Positions 10,397 through 20,701 of a stretch of 64,000 nucleotides of DNA are shown in pieces (positions within the stretch are counted from its first letter, which is position 1; each line of letters starts with the position of its first letter). The notes under the pieces were generated by a model. That model saw only the letters and a list, made by a program, of their open reading frames with translations. It did not search any database and had not been told where the DNA came from. Source of the DNA: Candidatus Methanophagales archaeon (GTDB lineage: Archaea > Halobacteriota > Syntropharchaeia > Alkanophagales > Methanospirareceae); NCBI GenBank assembly GCA_024699715.1, contig JANPRD010000010.1, forward strand, positions 39,159-103,158, given 5' to 3'. The translations under genes and the position numbers were made by a program.

Positions 10397-11626
10397 ATGC
10401 GTGTGCAGCGAGAGCGTTCAGGCGGAGGAAGCGTAGAGCGGGCAGAAGAAAGAACGAGAGAGAGGCAGTTGCTCACATTTTCAACGGCAGTTTTCATTTT
10501 CGGCGTCGCAGGCGCAGCGGTTGCGACCGTTCAGCCGAGATACTTGGAGAGCTTCGTGCAGCGACCTGAGCTCGTAGGGTTAATTGCGACTATTGCTTAC
10601 ATCGTTGAGCTCTGCATTTGTGTTCCTGTTGGTGCAATTTCAGACAAAGCAGGCAGGAAGAAAGTGCTTTTCGCATCATTCTCGCTTTCAGCACTCGTAT
10701 TCATCGCATTTTACATCAACAAAAGCACGCTTGCACTCCTACCGCTTCAGACCGCACTCGTCGCCTTCACGACGCCACTCTGGGTCGCTGCCGAAGCATT
10801 CGTGAAGGACATTTCGCCTGTTGAACGGCGAGGGGAGTTCAGGTCGCTCTTCGGCACTTTCGCAAACGCAGGCTTCCTCGCAGGCGTCCTGCTCGCAGGC
10901 ATCCTTGAAACGCTCTTCGGGCTTCGCTCTCCTTACCTCTTCGCAGCACTGCTCTCTTTCGCAGCACTCCCGCTACTCACCACGCTTGAAGAGCCTGTGA
11001 AAACGAAATCTGCAAAAACTACAAAAGCCGCATCTGCTGTTGTGCGTGTTAATGCATCGTTAGAGTTGTATTTACTGCTATTTTGCACGATTTCCCTCTA
11101 TTTTTGGTATGCATCAAAGTGGATTTTCGGACCTTTGCTCTTGCAAGAGATGGGCTACGAGCCTTTTCACATATCAGAATGGCTGAGTATTTCAATAATT
11201 CCATTCTTACTGTTCCAAATACCTGTCGGAAAGTTCGCAGACCGCAGAGGAAAAGGAGAATTAATTTGCGTCGGTCTTTTGATTTCTGCGGTTTCTGTGG
11301 CACCTCTCGGCTTCTCTCACGCTTTCGCTTGGCTACTCGCCTTCGTTCTCTTCGCATCCTTCGGAAACGCAATTGCAGAGCCTCTTTTGGAGGCGAGGGT
11401 CGCAGATATTGTGCCTGCTGAGAAATACGGCTCTTTCTCTGGAATTTTTGAAGTGGCGAAAATAGGAGGTTTCATCGCAGGCTCCGCAGTTTCAGCCGCT
11501 TTCATCCGCTTCTTCGGAATTTCAGCCGTTTTCTTGCCCTCATTTGCCTTCCTTTTCACTTCTTTTCTGGCTTTCCTGCTTTTTCTTTGTTGCGTCGTTG
11601 GTCGTGCTTCATGCAGGCGAAATTGA
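10397..11626 (+). CDS. MFS transporter
   Basis: About 12 TM helices; GAISDKAGRK and GKFADRRGK MFS loop motifs. Confidence 0.9.
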   Translation: MRVQRERSGGGSVERAEERTRERQLLTFSTAVFIFGVAGAAVATVQPRYLESFVQRPELVGLIATIAYIVELCICVPVGAISDKAGRKKVLFASFSLSALVFIAFYINKSTLALLPLQTALVAFTTPLWVAAEAFVKDISPVERRGEFRSLFGTFANAGFLAGVLLAGILETLFGLRSPYLFAALLSFAALPLLTTLEEPVKTKSAKTTKAASAVVRVNASLELYLLLFCTISLYFWYASKWIFGPLLLQEMGYEPFHISEWLSISIIPFLLFQIPVGKFADRRGKGELICVGLLISAVSVAPLGFSHAFAWLLAFVLFASFGNAIAEPLLEARVADIVPAEKYGSFSGIFEVAKIGGFIAGSAVSAAFIRFFGISAVFLPSFAFLFTSFLAFLLFLCCVVGRASCRRN

Positions 11627-11655
11627 TTGAGGCATGTTTGAGGTTTGTTTGACCT

Positions 11656-11716
11656 TTTTCTGTCCGTTTTCTGTCCGTTTTCTGTCCGTTTCAGTCCGTT
11701 TCTGCTTGTTTCAGTC
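11656..11716. repeat. tandem repeat TTTTCTGTCCG x3 plus degenerate 10-bp copies
   Basis: Read directly between the convergent MFS and marker-15 genes. Confidence 0.85.
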
Positions 11717-12975
11717 TATTTTCTGAAAGATGAAGCGAGAAGAGCGCCGCCGATTGCACCTATGTATTGCGAGTGCGGTGGCACAATCACATCAAATCCG
11801 AGCACATCCCGCATCGCTTTCGGGACGCCAGCGACAAGCGAAGTGCCTCCGACCTCAATAGCGGGCTTTCTGACCTCAATCTCCTGCATTAGCTGCTCTT
11901 TCACCTGCTCAACGACGGAATAGCATGCTGCTGCTGCGACATCCTCCTTCCGAGCGCCTGCTGAGAGCGCTGAAACGAGGTCTTGAATGCCGAAGACGAC
12001 GCAATAGCTGTCCATTTTTATCTTTGTGGGGTCGCCTTCAAGCGCAAGTTTCCCGAGCTGAACGACATCCACGCCCATTCTCCTCGCAGTTAGCTCTAAA
12101 AATCTGCCAGAAGCGCCTGCACATATCCCGCCCATCGTGAAATTATCTGGAATTCCGTCATTTGCGGTGATTATTTTGTTGTCCATTCCGCCAATATCAA
12201 TAATCATCGCCTCTCCTTTCATTATTCCTGCGAGGAACATCGCTGCCTTTGAGTTCACTGTGAGCTCCTCTTGAATGAGTTCTGCGTTGAAATGCTTTCC
12301 GACGGCGAATCTGCCGTAGCCCGTGACGCCGAGAGCCTCAATGTCCTCTCTTTTCATGTGTGCGAGCTCAAGCACCTTCGCAAACACCTTCTCAGCAGTC
12401 GGGACAACCTCACGAGTGTGCGTCCAGTAGGCTGCGATGACCTCGTTGTCCTGCATGATTGCCGCTTTTGTCGTTGTTGAGCCCGAGTCTATGCCTGCGG
12501 TGATGCCTTCCTGCTTCTCTCGCTCTAAAATCCAGCGTCGCTTCACAATCGTGACGAGAGCCTCCATTCTCGTGAGCAGTTCGCCCGCTTTTGTCCGCTC
12601 CGAGAAAGGATACATGACGACAGGCAAGTTCTTCGCTTGAATGAGCCTCCTTATCTCTGTTCGGATGACTGCTCCTCTCGGACACTTGTGGCATGTCGCA
12701 ATAAAAACTGCGTCTGCGTCGCAGAGACCTTCAACGATTGCGTAGCCTCTTGCGAGTGCAACGCTCAGTCCGATGCTATCCTCAAAGTCGTAGCCGAAAT
12801 CCTTCTTCTTCGCCTCTACATAGTCAAGGTCAACCTCAGGAATAACAATTTCCGCTCCGACAGCCTCCGCAGCTCGCTCAATCTCTCGCTGCACATTCCC
12901 GTAAATCGTCCCGCAGGAGACTTGCGCAATCCGAACCTTCTCCGCAGAACTCTCACGCTCCCGCTCCTCTGTCAT
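11716..12975 (-). CDS. methanogenesis marker protein 15 (acyl-CoA dehydratase activase-like ASKHA ATPase)
   Basis: N-terminal RIAQVSCG; [40 protein letters not shown]. Confidence 0.85.
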   Translation of the reverse strand: MTEERERESSAEKVRIAQVSCGTIYGNVQREIERAAEAVGAEIVIPEVDLDYVEAKKKDFGYDFEDSIGLSVALARGYAIVEGLCDADAVFIATCHKCPRGAVIRTEIRRLIQAKNLPVVMYPFSERTKAGELLTRMEALVTIVKRRWILEREKQEGITAGIDSGSTTTKAAIMQDNEVIAAYWTHTREVVPTAEKVFAKVLELAHMKREDIEALGVTGYGRFAVGKHFNAELIQEELTVNSKAAMFLAGIMKGEAMIIDIGGMDNKIITANDGIPDNFTMGGICAGASGRFLELTARRMGVDVVQLGKLALEGDPTKIKMDSYCVVFGIQDLVSALSAGARKEDVAAAACYSVVEQVKEQLMQEIEVRKPAIEVGGTSLVAGVPKAMRDVLGFDVIVPPHSQYIGAIGGALLASSFRK

Positions 12976-13051
12976 TTGTTTATTTATTTTGCTTCTTCAT
13001 TAATGTCTTTTATGTCTTTTCGCTCCTTCGCTCCGCAAGCTCGCATGCTCA

Positions 13052-14493
13052 TCATGCAACGAGCAAAACCGCAATGTCATTCACATTCGTGCCTGTCCTG
13101 CCGGTGAGCAGGGCGTCGTTTAGCATGCTGAAGAAAGTGTAAGAGTCGTTGTTTCTCAAAAACGCTTCGGCGTCGAGGGAGGCGTCCTTCGCCCTTTTCA
13201 AGCGTGAATCCGTCTGCGATTGCCCCTGCAGCTTCGCTCACGCCGTCTATGCCGTCTGTGCCGATTGACGCAACGACGATGCCCTCTTCAGAAGCGATGC
13301 GAATAGCTGCACTCAACACGAACTCTTGGTTGCGACCGCCTCTGCCAGTGCCTACAACACTGACGGTTGTCTCGCCACCCGCAATCACCGCTGCTGGCGT
13401 CTTAATCGGAATCCCGTAGCGACGAATGTCCCTCGCAACCGCAACAAAAACCTTCGCAACCTCCCGACTCTCGCCTTCAAGATGCGTCGTTAAGAGAAGC
13501 GTGTTGTAGCCTCTCGCTCCTCGCCTCCTCTTCTGCTGCTCTCGCAGCAACGAGATTATTCCCAATAATTATGTTTTGTGCGTTGCTTATGCGTTTTTCA
13601 TGCTTGCGACGACGCTCCTCTTCCTCCGCCAAGCCTCTTTCAATAAAATTCCTCACGCTCTCTGGAATTCTCGCCCAAAGTCCGTACTTTTCAAGCACTC
13701 CCTTCGCCTCGCTGAATGTTGAAGTGTCTTCAGCGGTCGGACCTGAAGCAATCGCATCAACAGGGTCGCCAATCACATCCGAGAGAATGAGAGCAAGCGT
13801 TTTCGCAGGCATCGCAGCTTCGGCGAGCTTCCCGCCCTTCACCGCCGAAATCTTCTTGCGCACCACATTCAATTCGCTCACTGTGCATCCAGACCTCAAA
13901 AGAAGCTCCGTTACCGCTTTTTTGTCTTCAAGCGTGAGACCTTCAGCGGGCTTTGCGAGCAGTGAAGAGCCGCCTCCTGAAATTAGAGCGATGAAAATGT
14001 CATTTTTCTCGCACTTCCGAGCGATTTCAAGCGCCTTCTCCGCTGCATGCACAGAGCTCTCGTCTGGAACAGGGTGCGATGCCTCCAAAACTTCAAAATT
14101 CTTCGGATGCGAGCCACAACGCTGACCTCTCGGAATGACCACAATTCCCTCGTCAACGCTCAAAATTTCCTCAATCGCTCTCGCCATCCCAAGACTCGCC
14201 TTGCCAAAGGCAACAACCCTCACCTTACCACGCAGTTCAACATCTGCGGTGGCGTTCTCGCCTGAAACCTTCAGCTTTCTGCCCTCAACTCTCACACGGT
14301 TGCACATAAGTTCGTAAGGGTCGGCGGATTTCACCGCACTTGCGAGTATTGCAAGAGCATCCGCTCTCAATTTCTTCAACTTCCCTCCGCATGCAACGAT
14401 TTCATCGTAATTTGCGAAGAGTTTGCGAGCAGCCTCCTCATTCCTTACGCTCTCTCGCTTTTTCATCCCTCTGACCACTTCCTCTTTCTTCAA
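13052..14493 (-). CDS. glycerate 2-kinase (DUF4147/MOFRL), two frameshifts
   Basis: GKAS, HPVPD, ISGGGSSL, SDVIGD..IASGPT, GGETTV, GGRNQE, TDGIDG; a third frame ends TGRTGTNVNDIAVLLVA*. Confidence 0.9.
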
Positions 14494-14665
14494 CAGTCCT
14501 CAACAGCATACTCGTCCTTTTCCTTCTTATGCTCACTTGCGAATGCAGCTGCGAGAAGGCTCAAAATGTCGGTCAGTTATTGTGAAAGCAACTAACGACA
14601 ATTCATCTCAAATCTTCCGCATCTGCTCACCTGCTTCCTACTTCCACCTGCTGTCGCATCTCTCG

Positions 14666-15205
14666 TCACCATGCCTCTCGCTTCAAGTGCAGTTTGAATC
14701 CCAAGAAGTTCGTGAGCAAATGCAGAGGAGGCGTCATAAGAAGCACTGAAATCGCCACGGGCATCGTGAAATTTTCAAAAAACCACTCACTCTCGCATAA
14801 AACGAGAAGAAGCCAAGCGCCTGCAACAAAATCCAACTGGTCAAGCAATGGAAAAGGGTGCCCTCGCCTCAAACCCAATCTTCGCTTCAAAAATGATGCC
14901 GAGATGTCTCCGAGAAGGGCTCCTGCACTCAAGCATAAAAGCACAGCAGGCGTGAATTCAGGCATTTTCAGCAGAGGTGCGATGAATTCTTGAAGCATTC
15001 CCACAAGTAAGCCTGCAAAGACGCCTGAGAAGAAGCCTTCGTATGTCTTTCCTTCGCCAAGAATCCTTTTATTTCCGAGATTTTTGCGCATGTCAATGGG
15101 AGTTTTACCGAAAATACCGCCAAATAATGCGGCTGCGCTGTTCGCTATGTATGCAGGAAGCATGAGCCAAAACGCATTCGCAACAATATGAACGACAGCA
15201 CACAT
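14666..15205 (-). CDS. carS: CDP-archaeol synthase
   Basis: PAYIANS, GKTYEG, GDISASFLKRRLG, LDQLDF (DUF46). Confidence 0.9.
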   Translation of the reverse strand: MCAVVHIVANAFWLMLPAYIANSAAALFGGIFGKTPIDMRKNLGNKRILGEGKTYEGFFSGVFAGLLVGMLQEFIAPLLKMPEFTPAVLLCLSAGALLGDISASFLKRRLGLRRGHPFPLLDQLDFVAGAWLLLVLCESEWFFENFTMPVAISVLLMTPPLHLLTNFLGFKLHLKREAW

Positions 15206-15254
15206 TTCACTCCTTCCTTCTCTTCTTTTATCTCTTCCACTCCTAAAAAATACT

Positions 15255-15866
15255 GTGATGATTGTAGCGATAACAGGGACGCCGGGCGTTGGAAAGACGA
15301 GTGTCTGCTCGCATCTTCGTGAGTTAGGATTTCAAGTGATTGACATAAATAAGCTTGTCAGTGAGAGGTTTCACAAGGGTTTTGACAATAAAAGGAGATG
15401 CTTCGTCGCAGATTTACGAAAATTGAGGAGGCATGTGAAAAGAATACACAAAAGTGCGGCGAAAGAGAAGCAAGATAACCGCAGGAAGCATATTTTGCTG
15501 TTAGATAGCCACATATCTCACCTCTTGCATCCGGATGTTGCGATTGTTTTGAGGGCGAATCCGCTTGAGTTGGCGGAGCGTTTGAGGCGGAAAGGCTTTG
15601 AAGAGCGGAAAATAAAAGAGAATGTGCAGGCGGAGACGCTTGATGTGATTCTCGTTGAGGCTGTTGAACGCTGCAAGTTCGTTTACGAGATTGACACGAC
15701 GGGAAAGAGCGTTGAAGCGGTTGCTGAATGCGTGCGTGAGATTCTCTCTGCGTTGCGAGAACACACGGAAGAACGCAGGAAAGAAATGTTAGCGAAGTAT
15801 GAGGTTGGTGGCGTGGACTGGAGCGAATATGTGGAGGATGTCTTTGCTCACTGCGATGACTGTTGA
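15255..15866 (+). CDS. AK6/Fap7-type adenylate kinase
   Basis: ITGTPGVGKT, DSHISH, KIKENVQAE, EIDTT. Confidence 0.9.
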   Translation: MMIVAITGTPGVGKTSVCSHLRELGFQVIDINKLVSERFHKGFDNKRRCFVADLRKLRRHVKRIHKSAAKEKQDNRRKHILLLDSHISHLLHPDVAIVLRANPLELAERLRRKGFEERKIKENVQAETLDVILVEAVERCKFVYEIDTTGKSVEAVAECVREILSALREHTEERRKEMLAKYEVGGVDWSEYVEDVFAHCDDC

Positions 15867-16494
15867 TTCTTTGTTCAGACCGATTGTGGAGCGTAGTGCA
15901 TTCGCAGGTAAAATTGCGAGGTTTCTTGCGAGGCTCGGCGTAACGCCAAATTTTCTTTCTGTGCTTTCACTCATTTTTGCTGCGATTTCAGGCATTCTTT
16001 TCGCAGTTTCAAGCGGAGAGTGCGGAAACTTTAACATTTTTCTGTTTTTTGCAGGTGTTTTTGTTGCTGCGAATGCTGTTTTTGACACGCTTGACGGCGT
16101 TCTTGCTCGTGAGACGGGAAACGCAACACGCAAAGGCGACTTCCTTGAGCATGTGCTTGACCGCTATGCCGATGTTTTCATTCTTCTCGGCATTATTTTC
16201 GGTGGATATGCCCGTTGGGATGTCGGAACGGTTGCGATTGTCGGCGTTCTCCTCTCCTCTTACATCGGCGTGCAGGCACAGGCAGTCGGCTTGAAGCGTG
16301 TTTACGGCGGAGTTCTCGGCAGAGCGGACAGACTTCTTCTTATCCTCGCAGCAACAGTATTGAATGCTTTTCACACCTCACCGCTCTTCGCAAATCTTAC
16401 TGCTCTTGGCATCGCAGTCGTTATTATCGCAATATTCTCGCATTTCACTGCAATGCAACGCTTTTTTTATGTGTGGAGGCAACTGCACAATTAA
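15856..16494 (+). CDS. CDP-alcohol phosphatidyltransferase (archaetidylinositol phosphate synthase-like)
   Basis: TPN and DTLDGVLAR..GDFLEHVLDRYAD motifs. Confidence 0.9.
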   Translation: MTVDSLFRPIVERSAFAGKIARFLARLGVTPNFLSVLSLIFAAISGILFAVSSGECGNFNIFLFFAGVFVAANAVFDTLDGVLARETGNATRKGDFLEHVLDRYADVFILLGIIFGGYARWDVGTVAIVGVLLSSYIGVQAQAVGLKRVYGGVLGRADRLLLILAATVLNAFHTSPLFANLTALGIAVVIIAIFSHFTAMQRFFYVWRQLHN

Positions 16495-16533
16495 GGCGAC
16501 TGTTATTTGAACTGCAAGCTGCAACAAAAGAGC

Positions 16534-17592
16534 ATGCTTTCTGTGAGAATTCCGCCTCTGGACGAGGAAGCGATGCGAAAGGCGAGAGAGCGGCAGGAAA
16601 GGCTGACGAAACCGAAGGGCAGTTTGGGATTCCTTGAGGAAATATCAGTGCTGATTGCGGGAATGACTGCGAATGAGCGACCGAGAATTGAAAAGAAGCT
16701 TGTTTTGACGCTTGCAGCCGACCATGGTGTTGCGGAGGAGGGTGTAAGTGCATACCCGAGGGAAGTTACAGCCCAAATGGTTCGCAATTTCTTGAGAGGA
16801 GGCGCAGCAATTAATGTTCTTGCCCGCCATGTCGGCGCAAGGCATGTCGTTGTTGATGTCGGCGTCGCTGAAGATGTGCATGCTGATGCGGATGTTGCAG
16901 CGAATTTTGTCGTGAAGAAGGTCGCTTACGGCACTCGCAATTTTCTGAAGGGACCTGCGATGAGCAGGGAGCAGGCGGAGAGAGCTGTGAAGGCGGGCAT
17001 GGAAGTTTTGGAAGAGGAGTTTGAGCGCAGCAATGGCTTGGACATCGTTGCGGTCGGCGACATGGGCATCGCAAACACGACAGCATCCTCTGCGGTGGTC
17101 GCAGCACTCACGGGAGCGGAGCCTGAAGATGTCACGGGTCGTGGGACGGGCATCTCAGAAGAGCGATTACGACGCAAAGTTGAGGTCGTCAAGCAAGGTA
17201 TTGAGCGGAACAAGCCATTTGAAGATGCGTTAGATGTGCTTGCGAAGGTCGGCGGTTTTGAAATCGGGGGCATTGCAGGCGTGATTTTAGCCGCTGCTGC
17301 GAGGCGAGTTCCTGTTGTGATTGACGGGTTTATTGCGAGTGCGGGCGCTCTCCTCGCTTACAAACTGAACCCACATGCGAGGAATTACATGCTCGCAGGG
17401 CATCTCTCCGCCGAGCGAGGTCACGCATTCGTCCTGAAGCATCTGAATTTACGACCCATTCTGCAGTTAGACATGCGCCTCGGCGAGGGAACAGGCGCAG
17501 CTCTCGCAATCAGCATCGTTGAGGCAGCGTGCAAAATCCTTGACGAAATGCATACTTTTGAGGAGGCGGGCGTCTCTGGTGCGTTAAGTTAG
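16534..17592 (+). CDS. cobT: nicotinate-nucleotide-dimethylbenzimidazole phosphoribosyltransferase
   Basis: LTKPKGSLG, AADHGV, GDMGIANTT, DGFIA, MRLGEGTGA. Confidence 0.95.
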   Translation: MLSVRIPPLDEEAMRKARERQERLTKPKGSLGFLEEISVLIAGMTANERPRIEKKLVLTLAADHGVAEEGVSAYPREVTAQMVRNFLRGGAAINVLARHVGARHVVVDVGVAEDVHADADVAANFVVKKVAYGTRNFLKGPAMSREQAERAVKAGMEVLEEEFERSNGLDIVAVGDMGIANTTASSAVVAALTGAEPEDVTGRGTGISEERLRRKVEVVKQGIERNKPFEDALDVLAKVGGFEIGGIAGVILAAAARRVPVVIDGFIASAGALLAYKLNPHARNYMLAGHLSAERGHAFVLKHLNLRPILQLDMRLGEGTGAALAISIVEAACKILDEMHTFEEAGVSGALS

Positions 17593-17908
17593 GGGAGAGT
17601 TGGCTGTCAATAATTTGATTTCTTATTTTATTCTCCTTTCCCCTTTCCGCCCTCATCTTTCAACATTTGAAATCCCCTTTTCAAATATTTTCAAAAATCT
17701 TTAAAATTTAAAGAGAAACTGAATGAGCAAAATATGCAATGTTTTTCAATAAGAAAGCCATATTTTCTTCCAATTTTCATCTCTTTTGGCTCTTTCCTGC
17801 CCACTTTTAGCCATAATGCGGGATTTATTTCAAGCAATGAAAGAAGAGATGAGAGGTGCATCCGGGAAACCTTTTCTCCTTCATGCTCGCTTGTTAGGTT
17901 CACCGACA

Positions 17909-17930
17909 AAAACCGAAAAGCTTTTTATGT
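17909..17930 (+). promoter_or_regulatory. BRE/TATA promoter of the cytochrome pair
   Basis: AAAACCGAAAAGCTTTTTATG about 40 bp before the ATG; GGAGGTG RBS at 17952. Confidence 0.55.
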
Positions 17931-17966
17931 GCAAATCCCTACATACTATTGGGAGGTGATGTGCGG

Positions 17967-18740
17967 ATGAAAAGTAGCAACCTCGTTTTGATGACCGTCG
18001 CCATCGTCGCCGTCGGCATCCTCGCCATGCCGAGCACAATCTCGCTGTTCGCAGGGCAACACACCTGGTATGCTATAAATGGCAGCAATGAGCTTCCGTG
18101 CAGGAAGTGCCACGCAGATGTCTTTGCAGAACTTGAACAGAGCGCATTCCACAAATGGAATGGTTACGATTGGAGTGAGAATCCTGAGGGAAGCCCTGAC
18201 AATACTGCCTGCTACGGCTGTCACAGGGCGAATGCGAGCATTACTTATGCAAATGTAGGCGATTCGGTCACGGATGTCACACCCGGCACGAAGGCACACG
18301 CAGCTTCTACCGTCGCTTGCATGCTCTGCCACCAGTTCAATGCCAGTGAGGCGGTCAATCCGCTTGAAGGATAGAGTATGCCCGGCTTTGCCGCAGGTGG
18401 ATTCGCTCAGCCAGCAAACAGTCCATACAATTACACAAATGGCACACATCCGGGCGGTCATGCCGCTCACCAGGGGTTCATTCAGAGTGCGATAAACGAC
18501 ACAAAGATGGAGGATGCGAATGAAGCGTGCATAGCATGCCACACGCACATACCCGTTAAAATAAATTGGACGCACAGATACAGCCTTGAGTTCAGCTGTG
18601 TGCCTGAGCTTGAGTTGCCACCGACGCACTTCGATGTAAAAGACTGGACGCTTAACGGCACATACAACATCACAGTCTACGGATGGAGAAACGGAACTGG
18701 AGATACATCAGAGGAAGGCTGGCCAGGAGGCTACCCATAA
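17967..18740 (+). CDS. secreted tetraheme cytochrome c with an in-frame TAG at 18372
   Basis: Signal peptide followed by FAGQHTWY; CRKCH, CYGCH, CMLCH, then CIACH in the same frame after the TAG; homologous to the next gene. Confidence 0.85.
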
Positions 18741-18817
18741 GATGAAAGGAAAAATTTTTCCTTCTCTTCTTTTTTTCTCTTTTTTTCCTTTATAAAGGGA
18801 AATGGAGGTGGGAGGAA

Positions 18818-19725
18818 ATGAGGAGTGGTAATATGATGCTGTTGGCGGTTGCAGTAGTTGCAGTTGGCATATTTGCACTGCCAAGCACAATATCGCTCTT
18901 CGCAGGTCAGCACACTTGGTATAATCTGACTGGAAATCAAAGTGTGCCATGTGAGAAGTGCCATGCGGATGTTGCGAATGAGATGGGCGCTCTGATTGGA
19001 CCGCACACGGGAGAGACAGGCTTTCAAAGGATGAAATGCGGTTTCTGCCACAGAACATTTCCAATAGAAGATGAAGATATTAACCAGACTTACAAAAAGT
19101 ATGAATACACTTATGGTTCTGTCGGCAACGCAGTCACGGATGTAACACCGGGTAAGGAGGCTCACGCAGCTTCTACTGTTCCTTGCATGTATTGCCACAG
19201 CGGATACGAATACGGGCATGCCACGCAGGGTTATCCTGAATATTCGACACGGCTCATGATATTTGGCTTCCATGCAATAGGTGTCACGGAGAGGTGCACG
19301 GAGGAGTATTCTACGATTCTTCAGATGTGGAGACGAATGAATGTGTGATATGTCACGGAAACAGAGATACAAATGAAATTTATGAGATTCCTCCGGCGGG
19401 AGGTTTCGGTTTGACTGCTGAAAAAAATGACACGGGTGAACTTGCAGCACACAAGACATTTATTGAGAAATCAATAGAAGATACGAACATGGAGGATGCG
19501 AATGAAGCATGCATTGCATGCCACACGCACATCCCTGTTAAAATAAATTGGACGCACAGATACAGCCTTGAGTTCAACTGCACACCTGAGTTTGAAAAAT
19601 TGCCGCCGACGCACTTCAATGTCACTGCTTGGTCAATCAACGGCACTTACAATATAACAGTCTACGGATGGAGAAACGGAACTGGGAACACCTCAAAGGA
19701 AGGTTGGCCAGGAAGCTATCCGTAA
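18818..19725 (+). CDS. secreted hexaheme cytochrome c paralog, frameshift near 19243
   Basis: CEKCH, CGFCH, CMYCH; the shifted frame gives CNRCH, CVICH, CIACH. Adding one T at TATTCG restores YPEYFDTAH. Confidence 0.85.
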
Positions 19726-19758
19726 ATTTTTTCCTTCTTTTCTCATTTTTTCTTTTAG

Positions 19759-20160
19759 ATGCTTTACAGGGCGCACACACGGGTAGAAGTGGAGATTTCA
19801 GATATTGAGAGGAGGAAATTCAAAAAGGTGAAGGCATTAGTTGACACTGGAGCGAGTTTGAGCGTTCTACCGAAGAGGATAGCGGAAGAATTGGGGATTG
19901 AAGCGGAGAGTGTGGATGAAGTCGCAACGGGTGCGGGCATTATAAAAGTGAAAAGAGGAACAGCATGGATAAAACTCAAAGGAAAGGAGGGCCCGTTCAA
20001 TGTCTGGATTTCAGACATAATAGACAAGGTTTTAATAGGTGTCGTAGTTTTGGAATCTTTTGGCTTTGAAGTTGACCCTGCTACTGGAAAATTAAAGGAG
20101 AGACCTCTGCTTTTGTATCAGGCGAAGAGCAGCATAGCACTCATAGAAGCAGGAAATTGA
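19759..20160 (+). CDS. retropepsin-like (clan AA) aspartyl protease
   Basis: ALVDTGAS and LIGVVVLESFGFEVDP. Confidence 0.8.
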   Translation: MLYRAHTRVEVEISDIERRKFKKVKALVDTGASLSVLPKRIAEELGIEAESVDEVATGAGIIKVKRGTAWIKLKGKEGPFNVWISDIIDKVLIGVVVLESFGFEVDPATGKLKERPLLLYQAKSSIALIEAGN

Positions 20161-20376
20161 AGAGGATTTCAAGGGAGTAGAGAAGAGCATCTAAATGTGC
20201 GGCGGAAGAGTCTGAGGGAGACGAGTGAGTTGCGTGAGAAGTAAGTAATTTCAGGAGAACAGTAGGACTAATTTTGGTAAGCAAGCACACTCGCTCATAC
20301 CTATACATGAGATAAAAATATGACGGATGATGTAAGATTAGAGAAAATCAAGTAAAGTGTGTAGTGTTCCCTCGCA

Positions 20377-20673
20377 CTATGCCTCTTCTTTTATCTCTTC
20401 TACCATTTTAATTGCACCTTTCGGACACTCGTGAGCGCAGATGCCACATCCCTTGCAGTAGAACAAATCCGCATCAAAATATCCTTCTTCTGTCATGTAA
20501 ATGCATCCTTCGGGGCAGAAAATGTAGCAAATACCGCACTTCATGCATTTACTGTTCTCTCTCACTGGCTTTTCAGTGCGCCAATCTCCCGTTTTATACT
20601 GCGCTGCACTACCAGGTTCCGTGACAATGGCTCCAATTTCCAAATCCTTCCACCCTATTTTCTTCATCTCCAT
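20377..20673 (-). CDS. porD: 2-oxoacid:ferredoxin oxidoreductase delta subunit
   Basis: YKTGDWR, CMKCGICYIFCP, YCKGCGICAHECP. Confidence 0.9.
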   Translation of the reverse strand: MEMKKIGWKDLEIGAIVTEPGSAAQYKTGDWRTEKPVRENSKCMKCGICYIFCPEGCIYMTEEGYFDADLFYCKGCGICAHECPKGAIKMVEEIKEEA

Positions 20674-20701
20674 CCCTAACACACCTCTCCTTTTCAAGCA
20701 C

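Noticed and set aside
11656-11716. CRISPR array
   Set aside because: The units are 10-11 bp with no spacers. I saw no repeat-spacer array or cas gene anywhere in the window.
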